The notes under the pieces are model-generated. The model had not been told where the DNA came from. It saw only the letters and a list, made by a program, of their open reading frames with translations, and did no database searches. DNA of 30,800 bases from Candidatus Eiseniibacteriota bacterium (GTDB lineage: Bacteria > Eisenbacteria > RBG-16-71-46), in assembly GCA_031370785.1 (NCBI GenBank), contig JANMQY010000135.1, positions 1-30,800 of the forward strand, in the 5' to 3' direction. The stretch's first letter is position 1. Every line of letters begins with the position of its first letter. This document shows, in pieces, positions 30,388 through 30,800 of this stretch. The position numbers and the translations under genes are program-made.

Positions 30388-30800
30388 GTGACCATTGTGC
30401 TGGGCAGCATCTTCGGATTCGTGACGTGGTTCCTGCTCCGTTATCTGGTCGCGGGCCTCTACACCGTGGACCAGAACGAGCGCGCGGTGAAGACGTCCTT
30501 CGGCCGCGCGCAACGCGTCGGCATTGCCACCACGCTCGACGACCCGATCTCGGAGGGACTGAGCGGCGAGGAGCGGGAGCGCTACTCCTATCCGCAGGTC
30601 CGCGTCATCCCGGCCGGCGGGCCGTACTTCAAGTGGCCGTGGGAGAAGGTCTACAAGGTCACGATCGCGACCCAGACCACCAACATGGCGACCGACCCCG
30701 AGAACCCGAGGGCCAATTCCGATGGCACGATGCTCGAGGCGGTCACCAAGGACCAGCTGAACACCGGGCTCAAGGGTCAGATCCGCTACCGGGTCGCCGA
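30388..30800 (+). CDS. SPFH/band-7 domain membrane protein (3'-truncated by the window)
   Basis: GGAGG at 30375-30379 and GTG 30388. MTIVLGSIFGFVTWFLLRYLVAGLYTVDQNERAVKTSFG...GGPYFKWPWEKV...EAVTKDQLNTGLKGQIRYRV, open to the window end. Confidence 0.8.
   Translation, partial: MTIVLGSIFGFVTWFLLRYLVAGLYTVDQNERAVKTSFGRAQRVGIATTLDDPISEGLSGEERERYSYPQVRVIPAGGPYFKWPWEKVYKVTIATQTTNMATDPENPRANSDGTMLEAVTKDQLNTGLKGQIRYRVA

Overview
This is a GC-rich bacterial chromosomal window. Gene style (secreted proteins ending in a FlgD-Ig-like domain or a TWGxxKxxYR tail, and a TPR-containing Ser/Thr kinase) suggests an FCB-related lineage such as Ca. Eisenbacteria, but that is inference. Left to right it holds: valS (one continuous frame broken by two in-frame stops, probably a consensus error); an alkyltransferase-like gene; a surface-glycosylation block (wecB, FAD oxidoreductase, two GT-C glycosyltransferases, polysaccharide deacetylase); a DUF4139-type protein; a small secreted protein; a housekeeping run uvrB-nadC-birA-tatC-coaX, then an M28 peptidase, a TolB-like protein and a divergent orphan groEL; and a Ser/Thr kinase-TPR gene. 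The main find is a compact microviridin-type (graspetide) RiPP cluster. Its 39-aa precursor at 24913..25032 (MEEKDVAQVPFFAHFLESQEKVLTPIGRSLKYPSDTDED) is missing from the ORF track and has a variant leader and a variant core. It is followed by a structured spacer and two ATP-grasp ligases (MvdC/MdnB-like and MvdD/MdnC-like). The window ends with an 8-repeat secreted beta-propeller protein, a GNAT and a truncated SPFH gene. No rRNA, tRNA, CRISPR array or mobile element was seen.
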